A DNA stretch of 64,000 bases from Candidatus Latescibacterota bacterium (GCA_965207885.1 OZ242311.1:3232001-3296000); one strand, 5' to 3'. Shown: positions 45,104-54,929, counted from the stretch's first letter. Translations and numbers: made by a program. The notes: generated by a model from the letters alone, not told the origin.

Positions 45104-46301
45104 CATAGTACACGACAAAAAATAAAAGACCTGTGAAAAAAGCTAAAAAGAGTTAGGTTTGAATGTCCCAAGACAAACCTTTCTCATCTTAACAAGGCAC
45201 AGGTCTATGTCTCCTGAAACTATTGAACTTCAAACGATTATGCAAGGATATTTTCACTGGCATAAAGCCCGAATAACGTTTACCGCTGCGTTCATATTGT
45301 CGCTGATAAAATTGCGTAGCGTCAATTTTATGAAACTGGCAAACGCACTCAATGGAACCGTCAAGCAGAAATCTAATTATCGTCGTATCCAACGCTTCTT
45401 TGCCCACTTTGCCTTACCCTATGCGTGTGTGAGACAATTGATCTTGCACTTATTACCTATAAAGTCGGATTTTATAGTCTCAATAGATCGCACCAATTGG
45501 AAGTTGGGAAAATTCAATATCAACATCCTAACCGCAGGCATTATCTATGAAGGGGTCGCCTTTCCTATCTGTTGGCACTTGTTAAAAAAACGGGGCAATT
45601 CCAATAGTGATGAGCGTATCCATTTGATGCAAGAAATGCTCAACTGCATCTGCAAATCGCATATCCGCGTTGTCGTCGCAGACAGAGAATTTATTGGAAG
45701 AGAATGGTTTAGGTGGTTAGACACACAAAATATACCCTTTGTTATTCGCATCAAGGAAAACGCTCTTGTCTCATCAGGCGGTAGAGAGATCCCCATAAGA
45801 AAACGGTTTGAAAATCTTAATATCCATCAGCAGGTCAACTTGTGCAAACGCCACCGCGTTTATGACCTGCCTGTATATCTGTCTGCACTAAGATTGAAGG
45901 ACCAATACCTCATTCTTGCCAGCAACCAAAAAGGTCAAGCCGCATTGGATACCTATAAAAAACGATGGGGCATTGAAGTCCTTTTTGCCAATCTTAAAAG
46001 TCGAGGATTTAATCTGGAAGAGACCCATCTTATACATCAAGACCGCATTGAGAAACTCATCGCGCTTTTGGCCATTGCCTGCATCTGGGCGCATATCATC
46101 GGCGAATGGATAGCAAAAACAAATCCTTTGACGATCAAAAATCACGGGCGGATGGAGAAAAGTCTCTTCCGATATGGGTTGGACTATTTGCAGTATGTCC
46201 TGCTCAATATAAACCAACAAACCCAACAGTTCCTCATATGCATTCGTTTACTGAGTAATCCGCCACTGTTTAAAACAATTTAAGTTTTGTCGTGTACCAT
46301 G
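45104..46301 (+). mobile_element. IS4-family insertion sequence, 1198 bp, 17-bp TIRs, 9-bp target-site duplication
   Basis: Left IR CATAGTACACGACAAAA (45104-45120); right IR reverse complement CATGGTACACGACAAAA (46285-46301); flanking direct repeat ATCAGCTTG at 45095-45103 and 46302-46310; lower GC than the flanks. Confidence 0.95.
45207..46283 (+). CDS. IS4 family DDE transposase
   Basis: SNYRRIQRFF, IDRTNW, VADREFIG, YKKRWGIEVLFANLK (YREK motif), SLFRYG. Confidence 0.95.
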   Translation: MSPETIELQTIMQGYFHWHKARITFTAAFILSLIKLRSVNFMKLANALNGTVKQKSNYRRIQRFFAHFALPYACVRQLILHLLPIKSDFIVSIDRTNWKLGKFNINILTAGIIYEGVAFPICWHLLKKRGNSNSDERIHLMQEMLNCICKSHIRVVVADREFIGREWFRWLDTQNIPFVIRIKENALVSSGGREIPIRKRFENLNIHQQVNLCKRHRVYDLPVYLSALRLKDQYLILASNQKGQAALDTYKKRWGIEVLFANLKSRGFNLEETHLIHQDRIEKLIALLAIACIWAHIIGEWIAKTNPLTIKNHGRMEKSLFRYGLDYLQYVLLNINQQTQQFLICIRLLSNPPLFKTI

Positions 46302-47344
46302 ATCAGCTTGACAACTTCTTCTCGTTCTGCCGAGAGCCTGATTGCATCAATCACGCGAATGGCCTCCAGACACTCCTCCGGTTTGACCAGCAATTCTTCT
46401 CCATGTACAAGTGCTGCGCCCACATTGTCGTAATACGTGCGATAGCTGCCGAACAGAGGCGACACGGGGTGCTCTACAGTTTGTCCGCGATCATTGGCCA
46501 CGCGCAACTGATAACGCGCAGGGTCTTCCGGAACGAGCACGCCAAAAACACCCGACTTCATCGACGCTTCTTGAGGGTCTATGCCATATTTTCTAAAACT
46601 TCCAAGCGCGCCGCGCACATGATAGCGCGGCTTGGCATACATCCACGCGGAGCCCAATTCAATAAAATAGCGCACCCCATTTGCAAATCGCAGATGAATC
46701 AAAGCCAGCGCTTCAACATCGGCCTTGTCCTTGGGATAGCGATATTGCAAATCGGCAAAAACGGTTTCAACAGTTGGGCCGTAAAGTCTGAGAGCCTGAT
46801 CTACCAGATGCGCTCCCCAATCGAGAACGCGTCCTCCGCCGTATTTTTTCCACGCACGCCACCCAACATGCGGACCACCATAAGTTGTAATATTGGACTC
46901 AATAGTATAAATATCGCCCAATATCCCTTCTGCGAGTATGTGTTGCAACGTCAAAAAATCGCCATCCCATCGCCGATTCTGATACACACTTAAAAGCACC
47001 TGATTGCGCTCAGACGCTTCAATCATAGCCAGTGCTTCAGACTCATTCAAACACATAATTTTATCTGTTACGAGATGTTTGCCCGCGTCCATTGCCCGAA
47101 TAGCCATCGGCGCGTGTGTATCGTGTGGTGTCGCCAGCACAACGAGATCGATATTATCATCGTCCAATAGCGCGTCAAAAGAGTCATACGTCGCGATCTG
47201 TGGGAAATCGGCCTCTGCGTCCTGGCGTTTCTCTAATGAACGCGAACAAACCGCATAGAGTTCGAGATCTGGCGCCATCTGAATCAATTGTGCGTGAAAG
47301 ACTTTTCCACCCAAACCATAGCCCACCAGTCCAACGCGAATCAT
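46280..47344 (-). CDS. Gfo/Idh/MocA oxidoreductase (YdgJ/IolW-like); last six residues derive from the IS
   Basis: VGLVGYGLGGKVFHA, ATPHDTH, YQNRRWDGDF, DWGAHLVDQ, GIDPQE motifs. Confidence 0.92.
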   Translation of the reverse strand: MIRVGLVGYGLGGKVFHAQLIQMAPDLELYAVCSRSLEKRQDAEADFPQIATYDSFDALLDDDNIDLVVLATPHDTHAPMAIRAMDAGKHLVTDKIMCLNESEALAMIEASERNQVLLSVYQNRRWDGDFLTLQHILAEGILGDIYTIESNITTYGGPHVGWRAWKKYGGGRVLDWGAHLVDQALRLYGPTVETVFADLQYRYPKDKADVEALALIHLRFANGVRYFIELGSAWMYAKPRYHVRGALGSFRKYGIDPQEASMKSGVFGVLVPEDPARYQLRVANDRGQTVEHPVSPLFGSYRTYYDNVGAALVHGEELLVKPEECLEAIRVIDAIRLSAEREEVVKLIMVHDKT

Positions 47345-47355
47345 GAACTCCCTCC

Positions 47356-47389
47356 AAAAAAAGAAAGGCCGCCTCAAAAGAAGCGGCCT
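47356..47389 (-). terminator. Intrinsic terminator after the cohesin-FlgD gene
   Basis: Minus strand AGGCCGC...GCGGCCT-TTCTTTTTTT. Confidence 0.65.
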
Positions 47390-47443
47390 CAAAAAGAACT
47401 GGCGTGAGAGTTTACAGCCAGTTTACCCTTTTTGAATGCACCA

Positions 47444-48250
47444 TTATTTCAGCAACATCATGCGCTGAACCTTGGTAAAATCGGCCACTGACATGCGATA
47501 AATATAAATACCACTGGCTACCTGCTTGCCAAATTCATCTGTGCCATCCCAAACGACCGAATGAAAACCCGCATCCATTGTCTCTTGAATCAGGGTGCGA
47601 ACTTCCTGACCGAGCAGATTGTAGATCACCAGTTGGACATCACCCGCTTCCGGCAACCGATATTCAATAGTCGTGGAGGGGTTAAAGGGATTTGGTACAT
47701 TTTGTTCGAGGGCATAATCTTGGGGCATGGGCTTGAGAGCACCAATTTCAATATTGGTAATAGCATCAATACCGCCAGCCAAATCAACCATCACCCCATC
47801 GAGAATCTGAAAATCAGAGGCAAGAGGTGTCTGTGTGGTATTAAACGTAAACTCGACCAGAGCGCCATCGCCACTGACAGCTTGACCATCGACCTTCATC
47901 GCGCCAACAGCCACTTGCCCTGGCGTCTTGTTAGACGCGAGAAACAGCGCGGGTTGCCCGCTGTTCGCATCGAGCAGATTTTGATCGACCTGGCGTGCTT
48001 CGACAAATTCATACTTGGATTGATCGTACTGCAGCACAAAACCATAACCCTTCAATTTCTGCGCGTAATTGATAGAGATTTGCAGTTTCAAAACGCCATC
48101 TTCAGCAACAATATTTTGCGTGCGTTGCAGCACCAGACCTGCCAGACTATTCTCGCCGCCCGTAAATTCTATACCCTGTGTCAGGGGTCCAGCAATGGCA
48201 GAGCCGACCAGTCCTAGCCCTAAACATGTCGCAATAATCAAACGTTTCAT
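47444..48250 (-). CDS. Secreted protein with a cohesin-like domain and a C-terminal FlgD-Ig / T9SS-sorting-like domain
   Basis: Signal peptide MKRLIIATCLGLGLVGSAIA; LKGYGFVLQYD...SGDGALVEFTF (cohesin-like); LEQNVPNPFNPSTTIEY...IYNLLGQEVRTL...WDGTD..GKQVASGIYIY...MMLLK. Confidence 0.85.
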   Translation of the reverse strand: MKRLIIATCLGLGLVGSAIAGPLTQGIEFTGGENSLAGLVLQRTQNIVAEDGVLKLQISINYAQKLKGYGFVLQYDQSKYEFVEARQVDQNLLDANSGQPALFLASNKTPGQVAVGAMKVDGQAVSGDGALVEFTFNTTQTPLASDFQILDGVMVDLAGGIDAITNIEIGALKPMPQDYALEQNVPNPFNPSTTIEYRLPEAGDVQLVIYNLLGQEVRTLIQETMDAGFHSVVWDGTDEFGKQVASGIYIYRMSVADFTKVQRMMLLK

Positions 48251-48296
48251 GACGCTTCCTCCTGTTGTATGAAAGTGTTTGCACTTCATCTATATA

Positions 48297-48325
48297 AATT
48301 TACTACTTACCAGCATGTATGTCAA
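48297..48325 (-). promoter_or_regulatory. Putative sigma70 promoter for the cohesin-FlgD gene
   Basis: Minus strand TTGACA-17 nt-TAAATT. Confidence 0.6.
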
Positions 48326-48334
48326 CCGCATTTT

Positions 48335-49831
48335 TTATCTAAAATATGTTACAATTGCTTTTACAAGCCCAGAAATAGCTACCGATGTCTCGTCAAGTTC
48401 GACAACCACATCAAATCCCTGTGAAATTGCTGTTTGGGCTGTGATAGGACCGATACACGCCGCTGGCAAGTATTGCCAATTTTGTCGCGCCTTTTTTAAC
48501 AAACTCGCCAGATTTACAACCGTAGAAGAACTTGTAAAAGCGATCAGATCAATAGCCTCTTTTTCTACCAATTGCAAAAATTCTTCGGGCAAGCATTTGG
48601 GCATAACCGTTTTGTAAACAACAAGTTCACGAACTTCAGCACCGCGTTCTCGAAGCTTATTAGCGAGAACATCCCGAGATTCTTCAGGACGAGGCAGCAA
48701 AAAAGCCTGTCCCGAAAGATCCGCGCCAAAAGCCGCGAGCAAGCCTTCTGACGTGCGATTCGCCGCTTCGAGATCTACATTGAGACGCCACTCGCGCACC
48801 CGTGCCGATGTCGCCGCGCCAATAGTCGCAATTTTTATTTCACCCAATGCGCGTACATCTCGGCCTTGTTTAAACAGACGCCCAAAAAAGCGATCGGTTC
48901 CGTTTGTACTCGTCAAAACAAGCCAATCAAATGCATGAATATCTGCAATAGCACAATCCACATCGCACCAATTTCCGGGTTCGGAAAATGCAATCGTCGG
49001 CACCTCCAGCACTTGCGCCCCCAACGTCCGCAGCATGTTTACCAATTCGCTTGCCTGTGTGCGCGCCCGCGTCACGGCAATCGTTTTGCCGAACAAGGGC
49101 TTAGACGCAAACCAATCCAGATCCATCCCCGCGACCTTCCCAACGACAATGACTGCGGGATTGGTCATCTCGACCGCGCCCATCTCTCCCAATGTCGTTC
49201 TCACAGTCCGCTGCAATGGCAAAGATCCCCACTGTATGGCTGCAACAGGCGTTTCAGGCGGCCGCCCTCCCGCGATGAGACGTCGGGCAATTTCACTGCG
49301 TTTTTGCGTGCCCATCAAAATCAGGAGCGTGCCGCCCACTTTTGCTAACCCCTCCCAATCGACTTTCCCATCGCCTTCAAGCGAAGCCGTTGTTCCCGTT
49401 ACAATCGTCACGTGTGGGGATATACCGCGATGCGTCACGGGAATACCCGCATAAGCGGGTGCTGCTATTGCACTGGTAATACCCGGTACAATCTCAAACG
49501 AAATCTCGTGGTCTCTCAGAACTTCAGCCTCTTCTCCACCGCGCCCAAAAACAATGGGATCGCCCCCCTTTAATCGCACTACCATCAACCCTTTTTGGGC
49601 GAAATCGACCATTATCTGATTGATCTCATCTTGCTGCACGCGCTGAAAACCCGGGCGCTTTTCCACATTGATACACTCGCATTCCCGCCGCGCTTCCTTC
49701 AAAAACTCGGGATTCGCCAACCCGTCATACAAGATCACATCGGCTTCCCGAATCAGGCGTAACCCCTTCACAGTTATCAATTCCGGATCGCCCGGCCCGG
49801 CACCTATGAGATATACACATCCAGTTTTCAT
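48335..49831 (-). CDS. cobA: Fused uroporphyrinogen-III C-methyltransferase / uroporphyrinogen-III synthase (CobA-HemD)
   Basis: GAGPGDPELIT, RLKGGDP, VPGITS; then PLFGKTIAVTR, TSTNG, FTSSSTV and IGPITA (HemD part). Confidence 0.93.
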   Translation of the reverse strand: MKTGCVYLIGAGPGDPELITVKGLRLIREADVILYDGLANPEFLKEARRECECINVEKRPGFQRVQQDEINQIMVDFAQKGLMVVRLKGGDPIVFGRGGEEAEVLRDHEISFEIVPGITSAIAAPAYAGIPVTHRGISPHVTIVTGTTASLEGDGKVDWEGLAKVGGTLLILMGTQKRSEIARRLIAGGRPPETPVAAIQWGSLPLQRTVRTTLGEMGAVEMTNPAVIVVGKVAGMDLDWFASKPLFGKTIAVTRARTQASELVNMLRTLGAQVLEVPTIAFSEPGNWCDVDCAIADIHAFDWLVLTSTNGTDRFFGRLFKQGRDVRALGEIKIATIGAATSARVREWRLNVDLEAANRTSEGLLAAFGADLSGQAFLLPRPEESRDVLANKLRERGAEVRELVVYKTVMPKCLPEEFLQLVEKEAIDLIAFTSSSTVVNLASLLKKARQNWQYLPAACIGPITAQTAISQGFDVVVELDETSVAISGLVKAIVTYFR

Positions 49832-49840
49832 GAATAGCTC

Positions 49841-50020
49841 TCAACTCAGAACAATGCGCTCTGTTTCTCCCCACGCCGTAACGGTGACCTCAATTCTACC
49901 GTCAGCCACCTCGCTCTTTGGATCCGACACATCATCTGGTAGCGCCAGCCGCGAAACGCCGCGTTTCACCTGTCTCCAAAATGTCCTGGCATCGTAGGCA
50001 GGCGGTTCAAATTCGCTCAC
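49841..50020 (-). CDS. Small hypothetical protein (59 aa), missed by the ORF track
   Basis: GGAGGG RBS; GTG start overlapping the hemC stop (GTGA); MSEFEPPAYDARTFWRQVKRGVSRLALPDDVSDPKSEVADGRIEVTVTAWGETERIVLS*; fills the hemC-cobA gap. Confidence 0.6.
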   Translation of the reverse strand: MSEFEPPAYDARTFWRQVKRGVSRLALPDDVSDPKSEVADGRIEVTVTAWGETERIVLS

Positions 50021-50949
50021 CGCGCCCTCCTGTTCCGGTCCAAAATCACTCCTGCACCCTGCTTGAGCAATCTCTTTGCAACGCGCACGCCCAACTGCTC
50101 GGCAGATGATGCCTGTCCTTCTGCCCTCTCCGATATTACCTGACGTCCATCGGGGGTGGCAACAACGCCCGACAGCGACAGAACATCAATAGAAGCCGCG
50201 TCAAAGGCCGCATATCCCCCAATTGGAACGCCACAGTCTCCCCCCAATGTTGCCAGCATCGCGCGCTCTGCCGTAACGGCTTGTTGCGTTTCTGCGCAAT
50301 TCAAAACACCGACGAGTTCTGTAATCCGCTCATCCCCTTCTCGTATTTCTATCCCCAGCGCGGCCTGCCCGGGCGCGGGCAAACAGATATCCGGATCGAT
50401 AAAATCCGCAATGCGATCTCCCAATCCCAACCGCTTCAAACCCGCTGCTGCCAGAATAATACCATCCAAATTTTCCGTTTCGAGCTTTTTGACGCGCGTA
50501 TCCACGTTTCCCCGAATCGCCACAAAATTCAAATCCGGTCGCGCGTGTTTCAACTGTGCTTGTCGCCGCAAACTGCCCGTTGCAACCGTCGCGCCTCCTG
50601 GCAAATCTCGAAACACCCGATCATTTTTGCTGACCAGCACATCGCGCACATCTTCGCGCGCACTCACCGCGCCCAAAACCAATCCCTCTGGCAACCTGGT
50701 CGGCAAATCTTTCAAACTGTGAACCGCCAGATCAATACTGCCCGACAGCAGCGCGTGCTCGATCTCCTTTGTCCACACCTCTTTGCCACCAATTTGGGAC
50801 ACAGGCGTTTCCGAGAGTCGGTCTCCCTCTGTTTTAATCACCTCAATCTCAATACTGAGATCGGGATATGCGCTCGCCAGTTTTCTCCTTGCCCAATTGG
50901 CCTGCCACAAAGCCAGCGCACTACCCCGACTGCCAATAACCAACTTCAT
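50017..50949 (-). CDS. hemC: Hydroxymethylbilane synthase (porphobilinogen deaminase)
   Basis: IGSRGSALALWQ, AVHSLKD, SLRR, RGNVDTR and PAPGQAAL motifs; dipyrromethane Cys in GGDCGVP. Confidence 0.96.
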   Translation of the reverse strand: MKLVIGSRGSALALWQANWARRKLASAYPDLSIEIEVIKTEGDRLSETPVSQIGGKEVWTKEIEHALLSGSIDLAVHSLKDLPTRLPEGLVLGAVSAREDVRDVLVSKNDRVFRDLPGGATVATGSLRRQAQLKHARPDLNFVAIRGNVDTRVKKLETENLDGIILAAAGLKRLGLGDRIADFIDPDICLPAPGQAALGIEIREGDERITELVGVLNCAETQQAVTAERAMLATLGGDCGVPIGGYAAFDAASIDVLSLSGVVATPDGRQVISERAEGQASSAEQLGVRVAKRLLKQGAGVILDRNRRAR

Positions 50950-52238
50950 GAATTGCGCACCTTTTCAATCTCTATGTCCTCAACCACCAGATCAAACAAG
51001 TATGAAAGTGCTGCCACATAAGCCCCACCATCTTCTTCCTCGCCAGCCTCTCTAAGGCGCGTCACCGGTTTGTGCAGCACCTTATTCATAAATCGGCGCA
51101 TCAAATTGGTAACCTGAGCGCGTTGCTCATCTGAAAATTCACTGAGCCTGGCCTGCGCGAGTTCCGAATCCATAAAAGATTGAAAATGTCCACGCAGAGC
51201 CACAATAGCGGGAACAACCGATAGAGAATTTATCCACGCAGAGAAGTTCTCCACCTCTTCTTCTATAATTGTATTGACTTTATCCGCTTCAATTTCTCGC
51301 TTCTCTAAATTCGCGCCAACAACGGACTCCAGATCGTCCAGGTCGTATAAAAACACATTGTACAGGTCACCAACTACCGGATCAATATCGCGCGGCATGG
51401 CAATATCGATCAAAAACATCGAGCGATTATTGCGCTTTTGCATCGCCGCTGCTACATGGTGGCGTTCCAGAACATAAGCTTCCGCGCTCGTAGAACTGAT
51501 AACAACATCTGCCCCGTGCAAACTTCCTATCCCTTCGTCCCAGGAAATGGCGCGCCCGCCTACGCGCATTGCCAAATTTTGTGCCCGCGCTAACGTGCGA
51601 CTCGTCACCAGCAAAGACTTCACTCCATTGTCGGTGAGGTGCCGCGCTGTCAATTCACTCATCTCGCCAGCACCGAGCACCAGAGCTGTATGCCCTTCGA
51701 GATTGCCAAAAATTTTCTTTGCGAGTTCCACCGCTGCAAAACTGACGGAAACAGCACCCGTTGCAATCTCAGTTTCCGTGCGCGCCCGCTTTGAAACCTC
51801 AGTCGCAGTGCGAAATAAGCGATTCAGCACGGTTTTGCTCGTTCCCATAGATAGTGCAGCAGCCCCGGCCTCTTTCACCTGACCTGCAATTTGCGGCTCG
51901 CCCATGACCATAGAATCCAACCCACAGGCGACCCCGAAAAGGTGGCGCACGGCTTCTGCATCGCGATAGACAACCGTGTGCTGTCCCAATGCGTCGGTAT
52001 CCAATCCACTTTGCTCGTTCCACCCCGCGATCACCGCTGTGCGAGCAGCGTGAATATCCGTCGCAACACAATAGACTTCCGAGCGATTGCACGTCGATAA
52101 AACCGCGCATTCGACGATTTCGGGCACGCTGGAAAAGTATTGGAGAACCGCATCCAGAGCCTGGGGCAACACCGCGACCCCATCTCGAATTTCAACAGGT
52201 GCCGTGCGATAACTCAGCCCAATTACGACGAGAGACAT
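50946..52238 (-). CDS. hemA: Glutamyl-tRNA reductase
   Basis: LSTCNRSEVY, GLDSMVMGEPQIAGQVK, GAGEM and DIAMPRD motifs. Confidence 0.96.
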   Translation of the reverse strand: MSLVVIGLSYRTAPVEIRDGVAVLPQALDAVLQYFSSVPEIVECAVLSTCNRSEVYCVATDIHAARTAVIAGWNEQSGLDTDALGQHTVVYRDAEAVRHLFGVACGLDSMVMGEPQIAGQVKEAGAAALSMGTSKTVLNRLFRTATEVSKRARTETEIATGAVSVSFAAVELAKKIFGNLEGHTALVLGAGEMSELTARHLTDNGVKSLLVTSRTLARAQNLAMRVGGRAISWDEGIGSLHGADVVISSTSAEAYVLERHHVAAAMQKRNNRSMFLIDIAMPRDIDPVVGDLYNVFLYDLDDLESVVGANLEKREIEADKVNTIIEEEVENFSAWINSLSVVPAIVALRGHFQSFMDSELAQARLSEFSDEQRAQVTNLMRRFMNKVLHKPVTRLREAGEEEDGGAYVAALSYLFDLVVEDIEIEKVRNS

Positions 52239-52846
52239 ACTTCAATCCGCTCCTCAATTTCAGCCCATTTGCCCTTGCGCGCCAGAGCAAGCGTATCATC
52301 TGTCACCAACTGTTGCCAGAACGCTTGCCTGCGTTCTGGCGCGTTGGGAAATCGCGCATAAACTCTACGCCTTAAATCCGCCATCAAATCCAGTAACTGT
52401 CCATCATCCCAAAAAGCCTCAATTTCTCGACGCAACAGCCTGGCGTAAGCAGGACTATTGCCCCCGGTGGAAATCGCCACCTGTAAGTCGCCACGCCGCA
52501 CAACCGCGGGCACAATAAAATCGCTATCTGTATGTCGATCCGCACCGCAAAACAAAATCCCCCGGCATTTCGCCGCCGCCTGCACCGCCCGATTGACATC
52601 TACGTGATCAGTCGCTGCAATCACGAGCGCGCTACCGTCCAAATCACTCGGCTCAAATGCCCGCTGATAGAGATGGATCACACTTTCATCGGCCAATTTC
52701 AGAATGCCCTCGGTCGCGGTTACACCAACAACTCGAACCCGCGCCCTTGCATCGCACAACCCGCGCACTCTGCGTTCGGCAACGCGACCCGCCCCAACCA
52801 CAACACATAATTTATCTTCTAATTTTAAAAACACGGGATAACGCAT
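52223..52846 (-). CDS. Precorrin-2 dehydrogenase / sirohydrochlorin ferrochelatase (SirC/CysG-B-like)
   Basis: YPVFLKL, VVGAGRVAERR, DFIVPAVVRRGDLQVAISTGGNSP motifs. Confidence 0.9.
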   Translation of the reverse strand: MRYPVFLKLEDKLCVVVGAGRVAERRVRGLCDARARVRVVGVTATEGILKLADESVIHLYQRAFEPSDLDGSALVIAATDHVDVNRAVQAAAKCRGILFCGADRHTDSDFIVPAVVRRGDLQVAISTGGNSPAYARLLRREIEAFWDDGQLLDLMADLRRRVYARFPNAPERRQAFWQQLVTDDTLALARKGKWAEIEERIEVCLSS

Positions 52847-52849
52847 GGC

Positions 52850-53674
52850 TTAAGGTCCTAAATTGTGGGGACCAGAAAACAGGACGCCCATCACGGGAAA
52901 TGCCAGAATTACGAAGACAAAACCCATGATAGACAGAAAAGCCGCTCGTTTGCCCTGCCAGCCACCCCACCACCGTGCGACGAGATTGCCCGCATAAATA
53001 ACCCAGGCAATTAGAACGGGGAAAAACACCGGCTCACGCCATATAGAAAACTGTGAAAGATGTTGAAATGCCCACACCGAACTTGCAATCGTTCCGCCCG
53101 TCAAAAAGACAAACCCAAAAGTGGCAGCTCGGTTAGTGATCTGATTCAACACCTCGAGTGAAGGCAGACGGGAATAAAAAAAACCTAAATGCTTGGCCTG
53201 AATTTCGCTCAAAAGCATCAGATACATCACACCTCCAACACAGGAAATCGCAAAAGCCGTGTACGCAAGTCCATAAGCCAGCACATGCAGTTCAAACCAC
53301 CCACCGCTATATCCCGAGACCTGAATACCCTCAGTACCCAACAATTTTGTAAGCGTCAAAACGTGCAAAACCACCACAATAGGCACAATCAGCACGCCCA
53401 AAGACCGATCTCGCGTACTCACTTCCAGATAAATATAAACAACCGCGACTAACCACGCACACAGCGATGGCAAAACCTGACTGGTCAAAGGTACCTCGCC
53501 AGCAGAAATTGTGATAACGACCAAAAGCACAGTGTGCATACACCAGGCTCCCCATATTCCCCAGGTACACAAGTCACGCCAGTGTGCTCTGGGCTGGTGA
53601 AAATGCAAAGCATAACCCAACGCACTGACGATATACGCTCCTCCTGTTGCAATGAGTAAGATGTCAAAAATCAT
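52850..53674 (-). CDS. ccsA: Cytochrome c assembly / HemX (CcsA-like) membrane protein
   Basis: Multiple TM segments; WFELHV, SRLPSLEVL, SVWA...WREP, GWQGKRAA; first gene of the hem operon. Confidence 0.78.
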   Translation of the reverse strand: MIFDILLIATGGAYIVSALGYALHFHQPRAHWRDLCTWGIWGAWCMHTVLLVVITISAGEVPLTSQVLPSLCAWLVAVVYIYLEVSTRDRSLGVLIVPIVVVLHVLTLTKLLGTEGIQVSGYSGGWFELHVLAYGLAYTAFAISCVGGVMYLMLLSEIQAKHLGFFYSRLPSLEVLNQITNRAATFGFVFLTGGTIASSVWAFQHLSQFSIWREPVFFPVLIAWVIYAGNLVARWWGGWQGKRAAFLSIMGFVFVILAFPVMGVLFSGPHNLGP

Positions 53675-53749
53675 AGCCTTTTCCTCAATCATCCAAACCG
53701 ACATCACAAAAAGAAATATACGCAACGGTGTACAACTGCGCCAGTATCA

Positions 53750-54928
53750 TCAATGCGATGATGTTCCCAACAACTCTGGATTGGGTAGTCGGGCATCCCT
53801 CTTGCCCGGTGTAATAGAGCCTAACACCACTTGTTTATTAGCACCGGTTACACTCGGCACATTGCCCGGGTGCCCATTCAGGGTCTGACAGGCAAGGATT
53901 GCAAATGCAATAGCTTCTTTTGCTTCTGATGCCATTCCCAGATCATCCAGTCGCTTGAATGCGATATTTCCCAGTGCCCGATCCAAAAGATCCATCATAA
54001 CCGGATTTTTGGTTCCGCCCCCACTTACAATCACTTCGTGGATTTCACATCTGGACAAAACAAATCGTTTTAGCCCATGCACAATGCTTTCCACCGTGAA
54101 CTGCACTGCCGTACGCACGAGATCCTCTCGTTTTCCCTCCCAATCGAGAATTTTCTGAACCATATCGGCTCCAAAATCCTCTCGCCCTGTTGATTTGGGC
54201 GGCTCCATATCAAAAAAAGGATGTGCTACAAGCACATCCAAAAGATCCTCACATACCTGGCCTTTGTCCGCAAGTACTCCATCTCTATCGAAACTCTGTT
54301 TGCCGCGTGTTATTGCCTGCACAACCCCATCAATGACCATATTGCCAGGCCCCGTATCAAATGCAAAAATATCTGACACGCCACAGTTTGCGGGCAATAT
54401 ATTGACATTGGCAATACCACCGATGTTGAGCATCGCACGTCCCACGTACTCAGACCGAAACAACAGATAATCCACTAGCGGGACAAGTGGTGCCCCCTGT
54501 CCGCCCACAGCCATATCCCGTGACCTAAAATCCGATACCGTCGTGATTCCCGTGCGCTCTGCAATTACTGCGGGACTGCCAATTTGCAGCGTTGATCTCA
54601 CCTTTTTATCCGCAACAACAGCTAGCGTGGGCAAATGGTGAATCGTCTGCCCGTGCGATCCAATCACATCGACTTCTCCCGCGCTGACATTGGCCTTCTC
54701 GCACACGCGCAGTGCAGCCTCTGCAAACCATTCCCCAAGCGCGGCATCCATGCGACATATTGTATCGACCCGTCCATTTTCACAAAGCGACAAAATCTCC
54801 CTTCTGACATCTTTGGGAAAAGGAATCTCGACATATCCGAGAAGAGACAGATCGGATTCGCCAATCTCCACAAGCGCAGCATCCACCCCATCGGCAGAAG
54901 TTCCAGACATGAGACCGATCGCTTTCAC
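53750..54928 (-). CDS. anmK: Anhydro-N-acetylmuramic acid kinase
   Basis: IGLMSGTSADGVD, GSHGQT, GGQGAPLVP, NIGGIAN, FDTGPGN, PKSTGRE and KEAIAFA motifs. Confidence 0.96.
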   Translation of the reverse strand: MKAIGLMSGTSADGVDAALVEIGESDLSLLGYVEIPFPKDVRREILSLCENGRVDTICRMDAALGEWFAEAALRVCEKANVSAGEVDVIGSHGQTIHHLPTLAVVADKKVRSTLQIGSPAVIAERTGITTVSDFRSRDMAVGGQGAPLVPLVDYLLFRSEYVGRAMLNIGGIANVNILPANCGVSDIFAFDTGPGNMVIDGVVQAITRGKQSFDRDGVLADKGQVCEDLLDVLVAHPFFDMEPPKSTGREDFGADMVQKILDWEGKREDLVRTAVQFTVESIVHGLKRFVLSRCEIHEVIVSGGGTKNPVMMDLLDRALGNIAFKRLDDLGMASEAKEAIAFAILACQTLNGHPGNVPSVTGANKQVVLGSITPGKRDARLPNPELLGTSSH

Positions 54929-54929
54929 T

